Source of the DNA: Octopus sinensis
Lineage: Eukaryota
Length of the DNA stretch: 58,944 nucleotides
Reading direction: 5' to 3'
NCBI RefSeq assembly: GCF_006345805.1
Contig: NW_021824665.1
Coordinates: forward strand, 1-58,944
Shown in pieces: positions 53,617-58,944 of this stretch. Position 1 is the first letter of the stretch. Each line of letters begins with the position of its first letter. The notes beneath the pieces were generated by a model. It had not been told where the DNA came from, searched no databases, and worked only from the letters and a program-made list of their open reading frames with translations. Position numbers and translations under genes: made by a program.

Positions 53617-54145
53617 CTATTGTTTATAATCCATTACAATAAACATTTTCTGTATGAACTGTTATCTACTGTTAAGTTATTGCCTATAAAAGTCGTTGTT
53701 TTAGTATTCTTCGTTGGCCATTTCATTTCGTCTATCTGTAAAGAATTCTTCAATCCCCGTTTCACTAAAGTATTCTTTTTTTTGGCCTGTTTTAGGAGAA
53801 ATTGGTTAGCAGCATATAGTTTCTCATTGGTCAATTTACTTGCAGTCCTATCTGTTGGAGTCCCTTGCTTGATCGCATTTGGCTTTTAGTATGTACGTAT
53901 GGAAAGTCTATAGTTACATGTACACACACACACATGCACACACATGAAGACGAGTGGCCTGGTGGCGAGGGATTTGCATTCGCTATCGTACGATCGTTGT
54001 TTCGATTTCAAGACTAGTGCTCCTTGTAAAATAATAGAAGCTCATATTTTTCAAGTTTTGATAATTTCTATCACTTAATCATTGATTCTGTCCATACCAA
54101 TTAACTCTGATATAATTAAATGAGTAGTTATCTCTGCTTCATTTT

Positions 54146-54485
54146 TAAATAAAGACCCCCTTCGGTCATGAATGACCATAGGATTGCACCTAGAAAGTTA
54201 CCTTCCTAGATACAAGTCCGGGCAAGGTTGTTTATGGAAGGCCAACAGTCGCCCATGTATACCAGCCTCCCCTGTCCACGCCACCAGTGTTATCCAAGGG
54301 AAAGACAAAGGTCGGTACAGCTTGGCACCAGTGACGTCGCAACTCATTTCTACAGCTGAGTGAACTGGAGCAACGTGAAATAAAGTGCCTTGCTCGAGAA
54401 CACAACACGCAGCCCGGTCCGGGATTCGAGCTCACAACCTCACGATCGTAAGCTCGACAGTCTAACCACTGAGCCATGCGCTTCA
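54146..54485 (-). mobile_element. SINE head D + tail W
   Basis: Head GAAGCGCATGGCTCAGTGGTTAG...GCTCGAATCCC, body ATTTCACGTTGCTCCAG, distinct tail ending GACCGAAGGGGGTCTTTA; GCTTCATTTT at 54136-54145 and 54480-54489. Confidence 0.88.
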
Positions 54486-54578
54486 TTTTACAGCTGATGT
54501 TTCTAAATATACTCCTATGATGTAGTTTGTAAAAATAATGGCATTTGACGTCGAATTTTCACTAAGGAGCTAATATCT

Positions 54579-54652
54579 GTTTCTTTATTACCTACAAAGG
54601 GCTAAACACAGAGAGGATAAAGACAGAGAGGATAAACAAGGACAGAATTACA
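54579..54652 (-). mobile_element. 5'-truncated SINE family A tail with 28-bp TSD
   Basis: TCGAATTTTCACTAAGGAGCTAATATCT at 54551-54578 and 54653-54680. Confidence 0.85.
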
Positions 54653-54877
54653 TCGAATTTTCACTAAGGAGCTAATATCTTAGGCGAATAATTTGTTTTC
54701 TTGCTCTGTTGATTTTAGCACTATTGCGCTTCCACTGCTATTCCTCCTAGTTCGGATAATTCATTTAAAATTCGAGCCAAGCCTGGGGTTTCGAAATATG
54801 GTATCCCTTCTTTTTGTTGAGCATTAACACCTGTAACGTAAGCATGTCAGTTTACCTGATCTGGAGTGTATGCATAG

Positions 54878-55349
54878 GAAAGAGTCCAGAGGCTGGCTAC
54901 CCGCATGGTTCATGGTCTCAAAAATTTGTCCTACGAAGAAAGGCTGAGGACGCTCGACCTTTGTTCTCTTGAAAAACGCCGCCGCCGTGGTGATCTCATT
55001 CTCGCCCACAACATCATAAGCGGGAAGTGTAACCTCTCGAAAGAGCTGTTCTTCACTCCTGCTCCGGAGCGTCGGCTGCGGGGTCATTCCGAAAAGCTCT
55101 ACCTGCGACGATTTCATCTCAATCGAAGGAGAGAAGCTTTCTCCGTCCGGGTTGCGGATCCGTGGAACAAGCTGCCAGACGAGATGGTGAAGATGCCGAC
55201 GACCGCTTTGTTCAAAGCCTCCCTGGACCTCAAGTGGCCTGAACTCTTTACATGAACACCACCCTGTACTTAACTCCATGTCCCCCTACATGGCCTTGCT
55301 ATTTGCTTTTGAGCCAAAATTAACTAACTAACTAACTAACTAACTAACA
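54878..55349 (+). mobile_element. 5'-truncated CR1-clade LINE (ORF2 C-terminus, 3' UTR, (TAAC)n tail)
   Basis: ERVQRLATRMVHGLKNLSYEERLRTLDLCSLEKRRRRGDLI...RGH...FSVRVADPWNKLP...FKASLD is uninterrupted to the stop at 55255; (TAAC)n at 55321-55348. Confidence 0.95.
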
Positions 55350-55643
55350 TATTTCGGTACCGTTTACGTAAGGTTTAACAATGTTAGTTATTGCTCAATT
55401 CGTGTTTATACAAGCAAAGTGACCTGGCGACGTGCGGTTATTGTATCAAAATTAGATAACAATGCAAGCGGTAATCTGATGGACAGATTTTGTATTTCTA
55501 ACATGCTTACTTTCGTTCGCGTATATATACATCCACAGAAACGTATACATACATACACGAAACATAGTTCTATCTATCTGTTAGCCTATATAACTCTCTC
55601 TCTCTCTCTCCTACTTACACATACACACACACACACACACATC

Positions 55644-55675
<32 letters not shown>

Positions 55676-55805
55676 CATGCATATATTGCACATTGCATAT
55701 TATATACAAATAACTTATGTACAAGATATATGATATTATCTCTCTTTCTCTCTCTCTCTCTCTCTCATCTATATGTTATATATATATATATATATTATAT
55801 ATATA

Positions 55806-55848
<43 letters not shown>

Positions 55849-55938
55849 CATAATTATAATTAAGATTCACCTAATTGCTTCACCATATACCGAAATTAGA
55901 TAAAAGAGTTCAAATTCCTTTTCTATTTACCCTTCTAA

Positions 55939-55982
<44 letters not shown>

Positions 55983-56064
55983 TATTATTATTATTTTATT
56001 ATTATTGTTATTGTTATATAATGCATATAGAATAAATACATGCATAGATTATATAGGCAGACAA

Positions 56065-56141
<77 letters not shown>

Positions 56142-56384
56142 ATGATAAATAATCACACGTTACTTCAAGGACATTTTGCACAATATTGTTATTAAAAAAA
56201 AAAGACAAATCCGCAAGTCCTCCATTAATGTAATGAATCGACTCATTTGCATTAGCATTTCTAATTAGATGTCTCTCAATTAAGTGATGAGAACTTTTGT
56301 ATTCAGTGTGTTTCAAAAATTGATGTTACGTGGTTCGAGAATTTGATAAGATGAATATGCGTCACAAGATCTGTTACATATAAT

Positions 56385-56465
56385 TCCTGGGATCGATTTG
56401 TTCGGCTAAAGGCGGTGCTCCAGCATGGCCGAAGTCAAATTACTGTAAAAGTGTAAAAGAGTAAA
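56385..56465 (+). mobile_element. SINE family B extreme 3' fragment
   Basis: GATTTGTTCGGCTAAAGGCGGTGCTCCAGCATGGCC...GTAAAAGAGTAAAG. Confidence 0.8.
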
Positions 56466-56698
56466 GTATATATTGTTAGTTTTTATGTTCAGTTATAATA
56501 AAATTAATTTTACATTAATCTGATACGTTACTGTATAATTTTGTTTATAGTTGTAGACAGTGAATATGATGAGTGCAACTTCGCGGTCACTGTCAACAAT
56601 ATTCTCTGGGAAGAATAATTATATATAAATGTATAATATGTGTGTGCGTATCTCCTTCGCTCTCTTTCTCTCTCCTTCTCTCTCTCCTTCTCTCTCCC

Positions 56699-56745
<47 letters not shown>

Positions 56746-56747
<2 letters not shown>

Positions 56748-56880
56748 CACTCCGTCGGTTACGTCGACGAGGGCCCCAGCTGATACGATCAACGGAACAG
56801 CTTGCTCGTGAAAAATTAACGTGCAAGTGGCTGAGCATTCCACAGACACGTGTACCCTTAACGTAGTTCGCAAGGAGATG
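56746..56880 (-). mobile_element. Isolated tail Y (5'-truncated SINE or partner LINE 3' end)
   Basis: GCACTCCGTCGGTTACG...GACACGTGTACCCTTAACGTAGTTC is the reverse complement of 58770-58892. Confidence 0.85.
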
Positions 56881-57060
56881 CATCAATGTGTCATGTTTCT
56901 CGCGAAGAGTAAAACATAATCCATATACGATGAGAAAGAATGTTTTTAACATATCAATAGTGACCAGAGACAATTGCTTCGGTACCACTGTGTTGTCATC
57001 TCGGTTGCACGCAACGTAATATCTACTGTTTTAAGCACTGAAGTAGCACTTCATCGACTT

Positions 57061-57094
<34 letters not shown>

Positions 57095-57652
57095 ATATTT
57101 CGGAATGGTCATATTGCCAGTTTAGCCAATATATATACACATCTGTATGCGTGATTTTGGTGTATGAGTATGCTCATAAACGTATGTATGTAAGTATGTA
57201 TTATGTATCTATGGAAGAGCTTTATGAATTTGGAAAATCAATAGAAACTGTATTTTGTAATCAGATGTAGAAATCATTTCGATTCTTCTTTGGTCATTTG
57301 AATATTATAGAGTACGTAGATGCTTTATAATTACAATAAATAATGGACGATATTTACATACAATCTATAACGTGGACAGGTATATAATTTAGCGTCTGAT
57401 ATTCTGCAACTTACAGCATGGAATTACCATCGAAATTTCCACTGGTAATTATCTATTCGAAGGTAGAGATAATTATGTAGATAAAACTTAAATTACGCTA
57501 TTAATTTGGTAATGCTGGGCAAGAAATGAGATACAGAACGAGGAAATCGGGGAGGAAAAGGTGAGAGTGTCAAAGAGATAGCGTAAAAGAGACATAGAAA
57601 TATTAAGATTGAAGGAGAGGGAGAAAGAGTAAAAGCAAGAAGTAGAGAGAGC

Positions 57653-57690
<38 letters not shown>

Positions 57691-58049
57691 GGGGATCGAG
57701 AAAGTGTGAGAGAGTAAATAGGTGAAAGTAAGTTACGTAGAATTTAGTTTTCGTTTATATATTTTTTTACTTCAATAAATTTCCAGTGAAACAGGTTTTA
57801 AGAATGAGTCAGTATATGCATACACAGCCGAAGAAATATATTTGCCCGTTAAAGCACAGTGATCCTAGAGCCGACCGTCTTTTAAACGTTGCCAGTTACA
57901 CCTAGCTTTTATTACGAGGGAGATAGAATAATTTCTAGAGTACCCTATACGTTTATTATGCCGTTAGTTATGTTCCTGTACGGTATGGCATAGCATGAGG
58001 TCTTACTGAGATATCATTTCATAATTCTTAACTGTTGAATAGCAATTTT

Positions 58050-58483
58050 GGATCTTTTCGGTTTGAACGGCAGTTTTTTCTAGCGGTGTCATATGAAATT
58101 GTCACCCACAATTATGACCCTAGTATCGATCTATTGCATTTCAATCTGTTGTAGGGTTAAGGTTAGTTAGGGTTAGGGTTAAGGGTGGGGGGAGGGTATC
58201 TTTTTTTCTTCACAAATGTAAATAAACCCAATCTGTTTCTTAAACGAGGGACATATTCATATGGCACAGAATGTTTTTTTTACCTCAATGGACGTCATTG
58301 ATTGGTTGAAATTGCAGAAATTGAAGAAAAAAAACCCAAATATCTTACAATCTATAGGATTTTCTCAATAAAGCCAAGAGAAAAATATGTTTTATAAACA
58401 CATTCTACCAGTATACGAAGTTTAAATTTTTTTTAGTTACCTAGAAATTATGTTAAAAATTGCCGTTTAAACCGTAAAGATCT
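58050..58483. mobile_element. MITE with ~29-bp TIRs and 8-bp TSD (Merlin-like)
   Basis: TIRs GGATCTTTTCGGTTTGAACGGCAGTTTTT and AAAAATTGCCGTTTAAACCGTAAAGATCT; TSD GCAATTTT at 58042-58049 and 58484-58491. Confidence 0.9.
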
Positions 58484-58512
58484 GCAATTTTATCATTCCT
58501 CGATCGATAAGT

Positions 58513-58897
58513 GTGGAGGTGCAATGACCCTCTGGTTAGGGCAGCGGACACGAGGTCGTAGGATCGCGGTTTCGATTGCCAGAACGGGCGTTGTGAGTGT
58601 TTATTGAGCGAAAACACCTAAAAGTTCCACGAGGCTCCGGCAGGGGATGGTCGTGAACCCTGCTGTACTCTTTCACCACAAATTTCTCTCACTCTTTCTT
58701 CCTCTTTCTGTTGTACCTGTATTTCAAAGGGCCAGCCTAATCACACTCTGTAACACGCTGAATCTCCCCAAGAACTACGTTAAGGGTACACGTGTCTGTG
58801 GAGTGCTCATCACTTGCACGTTAATTTCACGAGCAAGTTGTTCCGTTGATTGGATCAACTGGATCCCTCGTCGTCGTAACCGACGGAGTGCCAACCA
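58513..58897 (+). mobile_element. SINE head C + tail Y, with 11-bp TSD
   Basis: GGAGGTGCAATGACCCTCTGGTTAGGGCAGCGG...; GATCGATAAGT at 58502-58512 and 58898-58908. Confidence 0.92.
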
Positions 58898-58944
58898 GAT
58901 CGATAAGTTTCTGTATCGCACGGTATAGCATCAGGTCTCACCGA

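Noticed and set aside
54824-55279. 151-aa minus-strand ORF
   Set aside because: Antisense to the CR1 ORF2 C-terminus.
58152-58196. True telomere or chromosome fusion site
   Set aside because: Only a few degenerate units, enclosed within a TIR/TSD-bounded MITE.

Overview
AT-rich eukaryotic non-coding DNA (intergenic or intronic) whose repeat content looks like a coleoid cephalopod, most likely Octopus. That assignment is inferred from the repeat families and was not searched. I cannot support any host protein-coding gene; almost all ORFs in the track are translations of (TA)n, (CA)n, (TAA)n and (TAGA)n microsatellites or of SINEs. The window contains: (i) about 30 tRNA-headed SINE copies in four head families, named A-D here; (ii) non-LTR retrotransposon remnants (RTE, CR1, three R4/Dong-like pieces); (iii) a decayed Tc1/mariner transposase, a non-autonomous Helitron, a Merlin-like MITE with an 8-bp TSD, and a ~217-bp foldback element; (iv) several short elements next to (TA)n tracts that carry minimal type I hammerhead-ribozyme folds, resembling Penelope or retrozyme elements. 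The most interesting signals are the hammerhead family with covarying stems, SINE-A multimers with a recurrent exact junction plus a twin-priming-like inversion at that junction, and combinatorial head/tail swapping among SINEs. Most repeat boundaries are approximate.
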